Translations under genes and position numbers: made by a program
Origin: Methanobacterium sp.
GTDB lineage: Archaea > Methanobacteriota > Methanobacteria > Methanobacteriales > Methanobacteriaceae
Reading direction: 5' to 3'
Length of the DNA: 32,000 nucleotides
NCBI GenBank assembly: GCA_039666455.1
Contig: JAVSLW010000010.1
Span: 28,432 to 60,431 of the forward strand
Part shown: positions 19,201 through 27,631 of the stretch, piece after piece
How positions within the stretch are numbered: position 1 is the first letter of the stretch
Layout: each line of letters opens with the position of its first letter
Notes under the pieces: model-generated
The model's database searches: none
The model's input: the letters and a program-made list of their open reading frames with translations, nothing else
Told to the model about the DNA's origin: nothing

Positions 19201-20746
19201 TGCTTATGATAAGGGAACCTGGACAGTAATTCATGATTCCCTGACTGATAATGCTTATTGGGGTACTGTTAGCTGGAATAGTTATGAACCAAAGGGTACA
19301 AAAGTAACTGTACGTGTTAGAAGTTCCAACGATAAAACTAACTGGTCAAATTGGGAACCGGCAGATAATTACTTTAATCTAAAATTAACACCAAATGGAC
19401 AGTATTTAGAAGTTGAAGTGATTCTTGAGAAGTTTAACAGTACGCAGTCACCTGTAGTTTATGATGTTACTGTAAATACTTTGGATTCTACTGCTTTAAC
19501 AACTGATCTTGGTGTGAGCATCACTGGAAATCAAAGCAGTTTAAATGTAGGGGGTACTGTTAAATTAACCATTATAGCAAGAAATGAGGGCCCTAATCCT
19601 GCTAATGTTAAGGTTAATTATAAGATTCCGCTTGGTTTGAAATTGTTAAGTAGTCAGGGTACTGGAGCTTATGATTCAGAGACTGGGGTTTGGAGTGTGG
19701 GAATTTTACCTGTTGATAGTAATGTTACAATGGAATTGACTCTTCAAGCTAATAATGCAGGCGCTATTGTTAACACTGCTACAGTTTACAGTGATTTACC
19801 TGATTTAAATCCATTAAATAATCAGGCAGGGTTCAATTTAGTAACTAACGCACCAGACTTGGAATCAATTCCATCAGATGAATTGAATCCTTTACATTAT
19901 ACTTTTCCTGATGATATTAGGCCTCCAAATAATCCTCCAACACCGTCTGATACTCCACCAACTCCTGAACCACCTATACCTCCTTTACCTCCTTTACCTC
20001 CTTTACCTCCTTTACCTCCTTTACCTCCTTTACCTCCAGGTCCTGGACCTACACCACCTGACAATCCTCCAATTCCACCAAACCCTAATCCGCCTGCTGA
20101 ACCACAGAAACCATCAACTCAACTTGGTAGAGATATTGCCGGGGTGAGGCAGGCTGTTTCAAGTGGAAATACTGAGGAGAATGTGCCTGAGTGGACAGGT
20201 GATCCTGGGCCAGAATTTACTCAGGAAGAATATGAAGGTTGGGTTAAAACTATGCTGAAATTCTCTGTTGAAGTCGCTATTTTAGCTTTCATGGAATTCA
20301 CACCATCTGGTGGTTCAGCTTCTGGAGAATATTTACAGAGTGTAAAAAGTGCATTTTTAAATAATTTCAAAGCATTAAACACGATATCTAGCTACTTTAA
20401 CAAAGTGATGCGTACAAAACAAATTTTGGATGTTTTAGCTAAGGCAAATAAAATTATTAATAATCCTACTGTTCAAAAGGCTTTGAAGACCTGGGACGAA
20501 TTATTAAATAAAGCTGGTTTCAATTATGGAATGGAAGTGTTTAAAAGAGGCATGTATAAGTTATTCCCGGGTCAAGAGGCTAAAATTGATGCTTTATTAT
20601 TAGCATATTCAAGTGCACAGTTTATTCAAGATCCTGATGGCACAATAAATGCTGTAATAGACATTATCACCAGTCTAATGAAAGGGCAACTTCCTGATCG
20701 TGAAAGTTTTGAGAAAGTATTTATTTTTGACCCAGTACAGGATTAA
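16106..20746 (+). CDS. giant ORF holding the rest of paralog 1 fused in frame to full-length paralog 2, the master gene of the cassette locus
   Basis: Vgb/NHL-like beta-propeller blades are present (for example GVVVTDDGDVWIANSAAGTVTRYS). A beta-sandwich follows (VSWNS.EP.GT...VRVRSSN). DUF11-type repeats follow (GDTV...N.GP..A.NV...P.G). Residues near nt 17870-18010 carry a C-terminal-anchor-like segment immediately followed by a second signal peptide. Paralog 2 ends with a proline-rich linker, the QLGRDIAGVR motif and a unique tail of about 200 aa. The annotated GTG start at 16106 is an artefact of the frameshift. Confidence 0.8.
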   Translation: MVVIPGREGTYRPGNYTEGYSNVPGPRGIAVDSQNNIWAGTYGTHKFYYINGSDGQILKTVDVSSVGHGSYGAVIDQYGVLWSSGGVGNNILRLDPSNDTFKRINVPHTAYGLGLDRNNHLFVSGWTYSRFSRINILTGTIEWTKPCPYQSRGVVVTDDGDVWIANSAAGTVTRYSNDGDFKATIIVGNTPTGVSVDNQGKIWVVDNGDEYIHRINPQKVDSGDIENGVELSKRIIGGLHYGYSDMTGVVSNTITTNKGIWTVIHDTQINNALWGKVSWNSLEPEGTRIKVRVRSSNNKQNWSNWEEVINSAFLSSTPGGRYLEVETTLERNKGNISPVLYDLTVKALKADVTLTTTVNNPTPRIGDTVIFVTMVRNNGPDTATNIMVYPVLPSGFTVITPSVGTYSDGVWTVGVLRPGETATLEVTGVITPEFASRNINYWVSETHNEYDPTNSSVSSASVYVPFQNVELSYELKNGKPTLTVSNTGTDYAFNTAIKTTIPSGFTPEPSHGSYNNGLWFIGALSPGGAVALTLTPIISGDNDPSPPVSVDGHTKVSKKAVQKRGYYRYGGSIPPPERDNRTVPMQDTGVPLNFSGLAILLVLFGSYLNKREDKSKINKWLLLIIVLFGVLLFCSTSFAAGTNQTYNSSDDFNNGTFNNVNGSGDKLELNNSSKPAGNYIWVPNTNQGTISKVDVRTGQEVARYRTSPQGNAHPSRTVVDSNGNCWVANYQTGTVVKIGLLENGGYIDRDNDGTIQTSRDLDHNGVITGSELLDWGKDECMLYETVFIPGREGAYVPGAYTGGYANNWKNPGPLAVVLDSDNNVWVGCYGLQKYFCLDDTTGQILKTIDVSSVGHTPYGAVIDQNGIIWSAGGENRNILQLNTNTGSFTRINIPHWTYGLALDGNNHLFVTGYVNSRISRIDTLNGTVDWTKTAPNGARGVVVTEDGDVWTANLESDTVTRFSNDGILKATIYPGKGPSALSVDSEGNVWVVDYNDVYIHRINPEINGVDFSKLIVSGSHVGYSTMTAPSSSAYDKGTWTVIHDSLTDNAYWGTVSWNSYEPKGTKVTVRVRSSNDKTNWSNWEPADNYFNLKLTPNGQYLEVEVILEKFNSTQSPVVYDVTVNTLDSTALTTDLGVSITGNQSSLNVGGTVKLTIIARNEGPNPANVKVNYKIPLGLKLLSSQGTGAYDSETGVWSVGILPVDSNVTMELTLQANNAGAIVNTATVYSDLPDLNPLNNQAGFNLVTNAPDLESIPSDELNPLHYTFPDDIRPPNNPPTPSDTPPTPEPPIPPLPPLPPLPPLPPLPPLPPGPGPTPPDNPPIPPNPNPPAEPQKPSTQLGRDIAGVRQAVSSGNTEENVPEWTGDPGPEFTQEEYEGWVKTMLKFSVEVAILAFMEFTPSGGSASGEYLQSVKSAFLNNFKALNTISSYFNKVMRTKQILDVLAKANKIINNPTVQKALKTWDELLNKAGFNYGMEVFKRGMYKLFPGQEAKIDALLLAYSSAQFIQDPDGTINAVIDIITSLMKGQLPDRESFEKVFIFDPVQD
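17858..18020 (+). other. paralog junction: sorting-signal-like C-terminal anchor of paralog 1 running without a stop into the signal peptide of paralog 2
   Basis: The sequence is VPMQDTGVPLNFSGLAILLVLFGSYLNKREDKSKINKWLLLIIVLFGVLLFCSTSFAAGTNQ. There is no stop codon and no ATG between the anchor and the second signal peptide. In-frame ATG lies at 17858, TTG at 17972 and GTG at 17981, and none has a clear SD. Confidence 0.7.
19981..20034 (+). repeat. perfect 9-bp tandem repeat (TCCTTTACC) x6 encoding (PPL)n in the linker
   Basis: Six exact tandem copies were read directly from the sequence. The repeat is in frame. Confidence 0.95.
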
Positions 20747-20768
20747 ATAATATCTGAGGTGTATTATA

Positions 20769-21701
20769 ATGGGCATTATTGATAAGATGGAAGAGAAGAT
20801 AGAGGAGATGGATAAGAAAAGTAAGCAGAATATGGAGGATCTTTTTAGTTATCTTGGGGGTTTGGATATCAGGGGTTTGGACGGTATTCTTTCTGAAATT
20901 AAGAATATTAGGGATTCTGGGTTTTATAAAAAATTGATAGATGCTTCGAATTCTGATAAATTTGATGGTGATATTGATTTTTTGGGGGATTTGCCAAAAC
21001 ACAGAATAGAAATTCTATCATATGATAATTTAAAAAAAGGTGGTTTGTTTACAACAATTTTCACAAAATCAATTATTACTGTTCAAGATACGCTTACTTT
21101 ATATTCTTTTATTGAATCTGTTTATTTTATGCATAAAAGTCCTTTGGAAAAGGAGGATATGTTGAATATTTATTTTAGTGGTTTGGATGAGAGGATTATT
21201 TTTGCTTTAGATGATTTTAACACGGTTGAGCTTGAAAATTTGCCTGAACCCACCCCAGAATATATTAAATCACTGGGCAAAACCTATTGGGAAGAAAAAA
21301 AACTCTACAAAAAATTAAACAAACTAATGTTCGAAGTAATGGATTTTAGTTTGAATTATCCAGACTTTAAAGATTGGTCTTCTGAATATAGGTCTACTGA
21401 GGATCTTTTTGTTCAATTTTTAGCGGCCTGTAATGCAGTGAATAATGGCCGTTTAGGAATTGGAACTGAAGATACTATTGTGGCATATAAAACTTTTTTT
21501 AAGCTTATTAAAACAGATGTTACCAAGTACAAAGCTATTCCTGAGAGAATAACTGATCTGGATAATCATGGCGATTATTTAGTTTGTAAGAAGTGTGGAA
21601 CCTATTATCAAATCCCTGAAGGTGAATCAGTAGACGATTACTCTGATAATTGTGAGTGCGGGGGAAAATTAAAGTATTTGGGCTCTCCTGCTATAAAATA
21701 A
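20769..21701 (+). CDS. partner protein P1 of the expressed C-terminal domain (unknown family, C-terminal CxxC...CxC zinc ribbon)
   Basis: A GAGGTG SD lies 9 nt upstream, and the gene starts 22 nt after the master stop. It is homologous to P2 and P3 ([18 protein letters not shown]; [12 protein letters not shown]...[16 protein letters not shown]). The ribbon is [31 protein letters not shown]. Confidence 0.8.
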   Translation: MGIIDKMEEKIEEMDKKSKQNMEDLFSYLGGLDIRGLDGILSEIKNIRDSGFYKKLIDASNSDKFDGDIDFLGDLPKHRIEILSYDNLKKGGLFTTIFTKSIITVQDTLTLYSFIESVYFMHKSPLEKEDMLNIYFSGLDERIIFALDDFNTVELENLPEPTPEYIKSLGKTYWEEKKLYKKLNKLMFEVMDFSLNYPDFKDWSSEYRSTEDLFVQFLAACNAVNNGRLGIGTEDTIVAYKTFFKLIKTDVTKYKAIPERITDLDNHGDYLVCKKCGTYYQIPEGESVDDYSDNCECGGKLKYLGSPAIK

Positions 21702-21741
21702 GATAAATAATAAAAATAACACTTACTGGACCACTATAAGC

Positions 21742-23103
21742 TTGAACAGTTATGAACCACATGGTACAAAGATTACAGTACGTGTTAGAAGCTCTAACGA
21801 TAAACAAAGCTGGTCTGCATGGGAGGATGCTATAAATGGTGCTAGTTTACGTTTAACTCCGCGTGGAAGGTATTTAGAAGTTGAAGTAACTCTAGAGAAG
21901 TTTAACAGTGCACAGTCACCTGTAGTTTACGATGTTACTGTAAATACTTTGGATTCTACTGCTTTAACAACAGATCTTGGTGCGAGCATCACTGGAAATC
22001 AAAGCAGCTTGAATGTTGGTGAAACAGTTAAATTAACCGTTACAGCTTTTAATAATGGTCCAAATAGTGCAAGTGTTAAGGTTAATTATAAGATTCCGCT
22101 TGGTTTGAAATTGTTAAGCAGTCAAGGAACTGGAACTTACGATTCCGATACTGGAATTTGGAATGTGGGAGTTTTACCTGCTGGAGGTGATGCTACAATG
22201 GAATTAATCCTTCAGGCTAATAATGCAGGTTCTATTGTGAATACTGCTATTGTTTACAGTGATTTACCTGATTTAAATCCATTAAATAATCAGGCGGGGT
22301 TCAATTTAGTAGCTAACGCACCAGACTTGGATGATATTCCAGGGGATGGGTTGAATGGTTTGCCATATGATTTCCCTGATGAAGTTAAGCCTCCGAATAA
22401 CCCACCTAATAATCCTCCAAATCAGCCTCCTAATAATCCACCTGCTCCACCAACACCTCCAAATCCTAATCCTCCAATTCCACCTACACCACCAGGTCCA
22501 GGTCCTGGGTCATCCAATCCACCACGTACGCAGTTAGATCGTGATATTGGCTATGTTAGGGGTTATGTAGGATATACTCCTAGTAATAATCAAAACACTA
22601 ATGATAGCTCAAATGGAAATCAGACTACACAACCACCTCAAATGCCAGGATGGGACGTAGATACAAGTGTTATTGAACAATTAATATTAGCTTCGTGTCT
22701 TGTATCGGGCGGGTTAGCGTTTGCTTTCCTTTCTGATACAGATATGAAAAATAAAATAGCTAAATTTGTTGTAGATAAGGCTGCCGGTAAAAACTTTGTA
22801 TTTAGACCTCAAGATGTGGCTTTATTTGCATTAGATGTAGTATGCTTCTTAGTTAGCCCCGATCTTTTCAGTTATGTGATGATTGTCTATCAAACATTTG
22901 CATTTATGCAATATATAGATATTTTAACTAAGTCCGTCCAAACAAATATCTATGCTATATTTTCGGCGGTTATTCTAATGTTAAGTTTAGCTGTTATTCT
23001 TAAGAACATAGCAGATAATAAATTAAATAGTCCCTTATTTAATGCCATAGACTGGATTGAACAGTTTGTAAAAGATTATATTAAGAAATTATTTGGAAAG
23101 TAG
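21742..23103 (+). CDS. orphan cassette 2: 5'-truncated copy of the master 3' region (beta-sandwich end, DUF11, Pro-rich linker) with a different multi-TM C-terminal domain
   Basis: Homology to master nt ~19250 onward begins at ~21718, 16 nt after the P1 stop. An in-frame stop lies at 21694-21696. There is no ATG and no SD; the track start is a TTG that replaces the master Trp codon. The junction motif [10 protein letters not shown] lies at 22531-22560, and unrelated sequence follows. Confidence 0.75.
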   Translation: MNSYEPHGTKITVRVRSSNDKQSWSAWEDAINGASLRLTPRGRYLEVEVTLEKFNSAQSPVVYDVTVNTLDSTALTTDLGASITGNQSSLNVGETVKLTVTAFNNGPNSASVKVNYKIPLGLKLLSSQGTGTYDSDTGIWNVGVLPAGGDATMELILQANNAGSIVNTAIVYSDLPDLNPLNNQAGFNLVANAPDLDDIPGDGLNGLPYDFPDEVKPPNNPPNNPPNQPPNNPPAPPTPPNPNPPIPPTPPGPGPGSSNPPRTQLDRDIGYVRGYVGYTPSNNQNTNDSSNGNQTTQPPQMPGWDVDTSVIEQLILASCLVSGGLAFAFLSDTDMKNKIAKFVVDKAAGKNFVFRPQDVALFALDVVCFLVSPDLFSYVMIVYQTFAFMQYIDILTKSVQTNIYAIFSAVILMLSLAVILKNIADNKLNSPLFNAIDWIEQFVKDYIKKLFGK

Positions 23104-23108
23104 GAGAC

Positions 23109-24086
23109 ATGTCAATGGCGTCATTTAAAAAAATTTTTCAATCAACAGATGAAAAGCTAGAATTATTAATCGATGATTTTAGAAAAGAATATGGGTCTAT
23201 TTTTGATTTTATTATTGTTAATTTGGATGATCTTGAAAAATTAGGTTATGATGATTTTTTGGTTAGTGTTTCTAAAAGGGCATATCCTCCTTATTTTGAC
23301 GCTGATGATCTTTTTAGTTTTGATAAAAATGTTATTGCTGGAGGAGATACAAAAAAGATTAGGAAATATATTGATAAAATGCGCCTTAGGAATTTAGCAA
23401 AAAAAGAATTAATTTACTGGACTTCAGAAGGACCGACTAATAGGCTAATTTATGGGGCTTTTGAAGGATATAAAAATGCTTATATTGAATATGCCCATTT
23501 TTCTAGAATTTATCTCTTTTTGGAAAGGCTTTATTGTAGGGTTGTTGGTAGAAAATTAGGGCTTTTTGATTTATTTAATGTTTATTTCAGTGGTTTAGAT
23601 GAATCAATAACTTTTAATCTAGATAAATTTGATATAAATACTCATACAAGAGAACCTACAGCAGAATTCTTTAAAAAACTAGATAAAATAAAGAATCCCG
23701 ACCAAGAAGTGGTTAATTGTGAATATGAATTTCGAAAAATCATGAGAATGAGCCTATCTTTAAAATATGGAAACTTTGGTTCATTTGCAAGGATTGAAGA
23801 AGAGTTTGTATCTTATCTTGCTGGCTGTAGTGCTGTGAATGATGACAGATCAGGACTTACTATTGATGATTATATTACAGCTTATAGGACTTATTATAAG
23901 CTTCTAAAAACTGATGTAACCCAATATAGGTGCAAAAGAGAGCTATTTCATGATTATGATTATGGTGGCTATTTAATGTGTAAAGAATGTAATGGTTACT
24001 ATAAACTAGAAGAAGGCGAATTTCCTGATGATTTTGATAAGTGTCAGTGTGGTGGAGAGTTAGAATATAAAATAGAATTAAATTAG
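23109..24086 (+). CDS. partner protein P2 (same family as P1, C-terminal zinc ribbon)
   Basis: AGGAG overlaps the cassette 2 stop, and the ATG lies 5 nt after that stop. Family motifs are present: [18 protein letters not shown], and [12 protein letters not shown]...[16 protein letters not shown]. The ribbon is [30 protein letters not shown]. Confidence 0.8.
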   Translation: MSMASFKKIFQSTDEKLELLIDDFRKEYGSIFDFIIVNLDDLEKLGYDDFLVSVSKRAYPPYFDADDLFSFDKNVIAGGDTKKIRKYIDKMRLRNLAKKELIYWTSEGPTNRLIYGAFEGYKNAYIEYAHFSRIYLFLERLYCRVVGRKLGLFDLFNVYFSGLDESITFNLDKFDINTHTREPTAEFFKKLDKIKNPDQEVVNCEYEFRKIMRMSLSLKYGNFGSFARIEEEFVSYLAGCSAVNDDRSGLTIDDYITAYRTYYKLLKTDVTQYRCKRELFHDYDYGGYLMCKECNGYYKLEEGEFPDDFDKCQCGGELEYKIELN

Positions 24087-24140
24087 CAAGTTTAATAAGG
24101 ATTATATCCATATTTCAATGACTTAAAGGAGAATTAAACT

Positions 24141-24659
24141 ATGAAAGGGAAATTCAATGGTTTAATAGTTTGTAAGAAATGTAATGGCTATTATGAGCTT
24201 CAATCTGGTGAATCTCCCACTGATTTCGATAAATGTCAGTGCGGTGGGAAGTTAGAGTATTCAGAATTTTCAAGTAATTTAAAACCTGCTAAAAATCAAT
24301 TGAAATACGCATTAATTTTAGGAATTGTTATAGGTTTTATTTCATCTTTCTTATTGAAAATGGTAGTTTTAGGAGTATTGGCTGGTGGTTTTGTGGCTGC
24401 TTATAGGTTTGGCGGCACTTTAAAGGATGGTTTAAAAAGCGGTTTTATTACTGGTGCTATTATAATGTTTTTAATTAATTTAATGATTCTAATTGGAGGA
24501 TTTATTAAAAATCAAGATAATTATGGGATTTTAGGAATCAATGTTCATGGGCCTGTTATGACTATCATTTTTTTAATAATTACCATGTTTATTGGAGGAG
24601 TAATAGCAGCAATTACTGGTTTGATTGGAGTGAAAATAAAATCTATAATAAGCAAATGA
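24141..24659 (+). CDS. zinc-ribbon membrane protein (N-terminal ribbon paralogous to the P1/P2 C-termini, plus about 4 TM helices)
   Basis: An AGGAG SD is present. The N-terminal ribbon [30 protein letters not shown] is nearly the same as the P2 ribbon. Glycine-rich hydrophobic helices follow. Confidence 0.75.
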   Translation: MKGKFNGLIVCKKCNGYYELQSGESPTDFDKCQCGGKLEYSEFSSNLKPAKNQLKYALILGIVIGFISSFLLKMVVLGVLAGGFVAAYRFGGTLKDGLKSGFITGAIIMFLINLMILIGGFIKNQDNYGILGINVHGPVMTIIFLIITMFIGGVIAAITGLIGVKIKSIISK

Positions 24660-24782
24660 AGCAATATTTATAATTAGAATCTTATTTAGAAATGTCCCAT
24701 AAAGTATTTAGAAGTTGAAGTAGCTCTTGAGAAGTTTAATAGTACACAATCACCTGTAGTTTATGATGTTACTGTAAGTACT

Positions 24783-25934
24783 TTGGATTCTACTGCTTTG
24801 GCAACTGATCTTGGTGTGACTATCACTGGAAATAAAAATACTTTAAATCTGGGCGATACTGTTAAATTAGCCGTTACAGCTTTTAATAATGGTCCAAATA
24901 GTGCTAATGTCAAAGTAGATTATAAGATTCCGTTTGGTTTGAAATTGTTAAGTTATAATGGGGAGGGAACATATGATTCAAGTACTGGTATTTGGAGTGT
25001 AGGGATATTACCTGCTGGAAGCAATGCGTCAATGGAGTTGACTCTTCAGGCTAATAATACTGGTTATTTTGTTAATTTAGTTAGTGTTTATGGTGATTTG
25101 GCGTTGTTCAGTACTAAGAGTTTAAGTGGGGTGGTTAGGGCGTTTTCAGTGAAAGCTGCTTCAGTGGGTGATCTTAATCCTGGTAATAATCAGGCGAGTT
25201 ATGATATAACTTCAATTGATCCAGTACAAACCGCTGATACGAATACTTTTACGTATGATTTTCCTCCTGTTACTCCACCTACACAGCCACAACCACCGAA
25301 TAATCCTCCTACACCCCCTGGACCTATTCCACCTGAACCACAACCTCCAGGTCCAACACCTCCAAATAATCCACTACATCCTACAAGTCAGCTTGGACGT
25401 GATATTGCCGGAGTTAGAAATGCAATTTCACAGGGTACATTGAAAGATGCTATGAATAAATCTGTACTACCTGAATGGAATTTAACTCAGGATAATGAGC
25501 CTGAAGAGCCTGAAGAGGATCCACCATTGTGGTTTTATGCTATAATCATAATAGGTGCTTTAATTGGAGCCGCTTTAGTCATTACTCCTGCAGGAGAATA
25601 CTTGCAAAGAATAATAAATGGAATTCTCGCAGCATTGTCATCTGCATGGGTGTATTTGTCTTATTTGGGTTATTCATTGAAAAAATTCCTTGAAAATGCA
25701 ATATTAAGGATTTTTATTCAGTATGAGAGCTATATTTCGGCTGTTCTTCAGGAATTATATTCTACTCCTTTAACTGGTATTGGACCTACTACAATAATTG
25801 GACTTGGTTTAAGATTTTTAGCAGAAAAATTTCCAGTTCTTAAACCTTTCATTGCACCTTTTATACATACTTTAGACCAATTAACATACTATGAAATTTC
25901 CAAAAAATTAAATGAATTATTTAACAAAAAATAG
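24783..25934 (+). CDS. orphan cassette 3: more deeply 5'-truncated copy (from YLEVEV onward) with a third distinct C-terminal domain
   Basis: Homology to master nt ~19403 starts at ~24705. An in-frame stop lies at 24687-24689. There is no ATG and no SD; the track start is an internal TTG Leu codon. The junction motif QLGRDIAGVR lies at 25389-25418. The tail contains hydrophobic helices. Confidence 0.75.
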   Translation: MDSTALATDLGVTITGNKNTLNLGDTVKLAVTAFNNGPNSANVKVDYKIPFGLKLLSYNGEGTYDSSTGIWSVGILPAGSNASMELTLQANNTGYFVNLVSVYGDLALFSTKSLSGVVRAFSVKAASVGDLNPGNNQASYDITSIDPVQTADTNTFTYDFPPVTPPTQPQPPNNPPTPPGPIPPEPQPPGPTPPNNPLHPTSQLGRDIAGVRNAISQGTLKDAMNKSVLPEWNLTQDNEPEEPEEDPPLWFYAIIIIGALIGAALVITPAGEYLQRIINGILAALSSAWVYLSYLGYSLKKFLENAILRIFIQYESYISAVLQELYSTPLTGIGPTTIIGLGLRFLAEKFPVLKPFIAPFIHTLDQLTYYEISKKLNELFNKK

Positions 25935-25950
25935 TATATTTGGTGATATA

Positions 25951-26670
25951 ATGCCATCTCATAATGATCTAGCAAATTATGGTTTGAAAAGACTAAGAAA
26001 AGTTTGTTCTTCTGATTTAGATGAATTAATGACTGAATTACATTTTTTAATTGATTCAGGTTATTATCATAATTTATTGGAAATTTATTATAACTGGAAA
26101 GAACCCGTACCTTTATTAAGTGATAACACAACAGAAATTGCCCTTGAAAGTTCTCTTTTAGTTATGGCAGCTGAAAATCTAAAGAACTTTCCTGTTAAAT
26201 TTCTATCAGATTTAATTGATTATAACACGTTTTATTTTTTCTTTCCTTTTCTGGAATGGATTTATTCAATGAATTTGGGGAGACAATTAACTGCAGAAGA
26301 CGTTAGGAAAATATTTAAAAATGACATTGGTGAAAGAATTGTATTTGCATTAGAGGATTTTGATAAAATTAATGAAATATCAAAGCCAACTCCGGAATTT
26401 TTTCAGAAACTCAGGAAACTAAAATGGAAAAATAGACAAACCAAAAAAATTTACAATGAAGTGAATAAAATAGTATCACTTTTTATTTTTAAAAAATATA
26501 GTTTTAAAGAGTCATCTTTTAGTATTAGGCAGGAGGACATAGTGTTATTTTTAGCAGGTTGCAGTGCAGTAAACAAAGAAAAGGAAAAAATAGATGAAAA
26601 AGACGTTATACGTGCCTATAAAACATTATTTAAAATCATTAAAACGGATATATCAAAATTTATAGACTAA
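25951..26670 (+). CDS. partner protein P3 (P1/P2 family, lacking the zinc ribbon)
   Basis: Family motifs are present: IGERIVFALEDFDK, and [12 protein letters not shown]...AYKTLFKIIKTDISKF. It ends exactly where the cassette 4 homology begins. The ATG at 25951 lies 16 nt after the cassette 3 stop and follows GGTGA. The track alternative at 25912 overlaps cassette 3 and has no SD. Confidence 0.7.
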   Translation: MPSHNDLANYGLKRLRKVCSSDLDELMTELHFLIDSGYYHNLLEIYYNWKEPVPLLSDNTTEIALESSLLVMAAENLKNFPVKFLSDLIDYNTFYFFFPFLEWIYSMNLGRQLTAEDVRKIFKNDIGERIVFALEDFDKINEISKPTPEFFQKLRKLKWKNRQTKKIYNEVNKIVSLFIFKKYSFKESSFSIRQEDIVLFLAGCSAVNKEKEKIDEKDVIRAYKTLFKIIKTDISKFID

Positions 26671-26697
26671 ACAACCACTTCAACTACAGATCTGGCT

Positions 26698-27618
26698 GTG
26701 ACTATCACTGGAGATAAAAATAGTTTAAATGTTGGTGATACTGTTAAATTAACTATCACATCCTTGAATAATGGGCCAAAATCGGCTGATATTAAAGTGG
26801 ATTACAAAATATCTTTCGGTTTGAAGTTATTAAGCAGTCAGGGAACTGGAACTTACGATTCAGAGACTGGGGTTTGGAATGTTGGGATATTACCTGCTGG
26901 AGGTAATGCTACAATGGAGTTGACTCTTCAAACTAATAATGCTGGTCATTTCATTAATTTAGTGTCGGTTTATGGTGATTTGGCGTTGTTCAGTACTAAG
27001 AGTTTAAGTGGGGTGGTTAGGGCGTTTTCAGTGAAAGCTGCTTCAGTGGGTGATCCTAATCCTGGTAATAATCAGGCGAGTTATGATATAACTTCAATTG
27101 ATCCAGTACAAACCGCTGATACGAATACTTTTACGTATGATTTTCCTCCTGTTACTCCACCTACACAGCCACAACCACCGAATAATCCTCCTACACCCCC
27201 TGGACCTACTCCACCTGAACCACAACCTCCAGGTCCAACACCTCCAAATAATTCATCACAGCCTACAGGTCAGCTTGGACGTGATATTTTAACGGTTCGA
27301 GATGTAGTTTCAACTGGAACACAACTTGATGCAGGGAAATTAGTTTGTGAACAGAATGATCAAAATAGCTGGAAAACCGTAGGAGATATATTAAATGAAG
27401 TGTTTGGTTCACCTGATTTTGATATATTAGCTTTAATTGCTCTACTTGCTTATATGACATCATTTTTATTAAGTGCAGGATATGGGCTATTACTTGGATG
27501 GACAATTGCAGGAATTATGGCTGCATCATTTTTGGTTTATGCTGCTATTTTATTTATTATAACAATGTTGATATTAATATGGGTATTATATAAATTTTAT
27601 AGCCGTCCAAAATCATAA
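26698..27618 (+). CDS. orphan cassette 4: most truncated copy (from TTDL.V.ITG onward) with a fourth, strongly hydrophobic C-terminal domain
   Basis: Homology to master nt ~19499 starts at 26671, directly after the P3 TAA and in the same frame. There is no ATG and no SD; the track start is an internal GTG Val codon. The junction motif QLGRDILTVR lies at 27271-27300. The tail has 2-3 TM helices. Confidence 0.75.
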   Translation: MTITGDKNSLNVGDTVKLTITSLNNGPKSADIKVDYKISFGLKLLSSQGTGTYDSETGVWNVGILPAGGNATMELTLQTNNAGHFINLVSVYGDLALFSTKSLSGVVRAFSVKAASVGDPNPGNNQASYDITSIDPVQTADTNTFTYDFPPVTPPTQPQPPNNPPTPPGPTPPEPQPPGPTPPNNSSQPTGQLGRDILTVRDVVSTGTQLDAGKLVCEQNDQNSWKTVGDILNEVFGSPDFDILALIALLAYMTSFLLSAGYGLLLGWTIAGIMAASFLVYAAILFIITMLILIWVLYKFYSRPKS

Positions 27619-27631
27619 AGGAGAATAAATC

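Noticed and set aside
19911-27292. Alternative-frame ORFs through the proline-rich linkers (19911-20147, 22355-22537, 25216-25443 and 27098-27292)
   Set aside because: They are low-complexity L/H/Q-rich read-throughs of CCN-rich coding sequence in the wrong frame. They lie fully inside better-supported ORFs.
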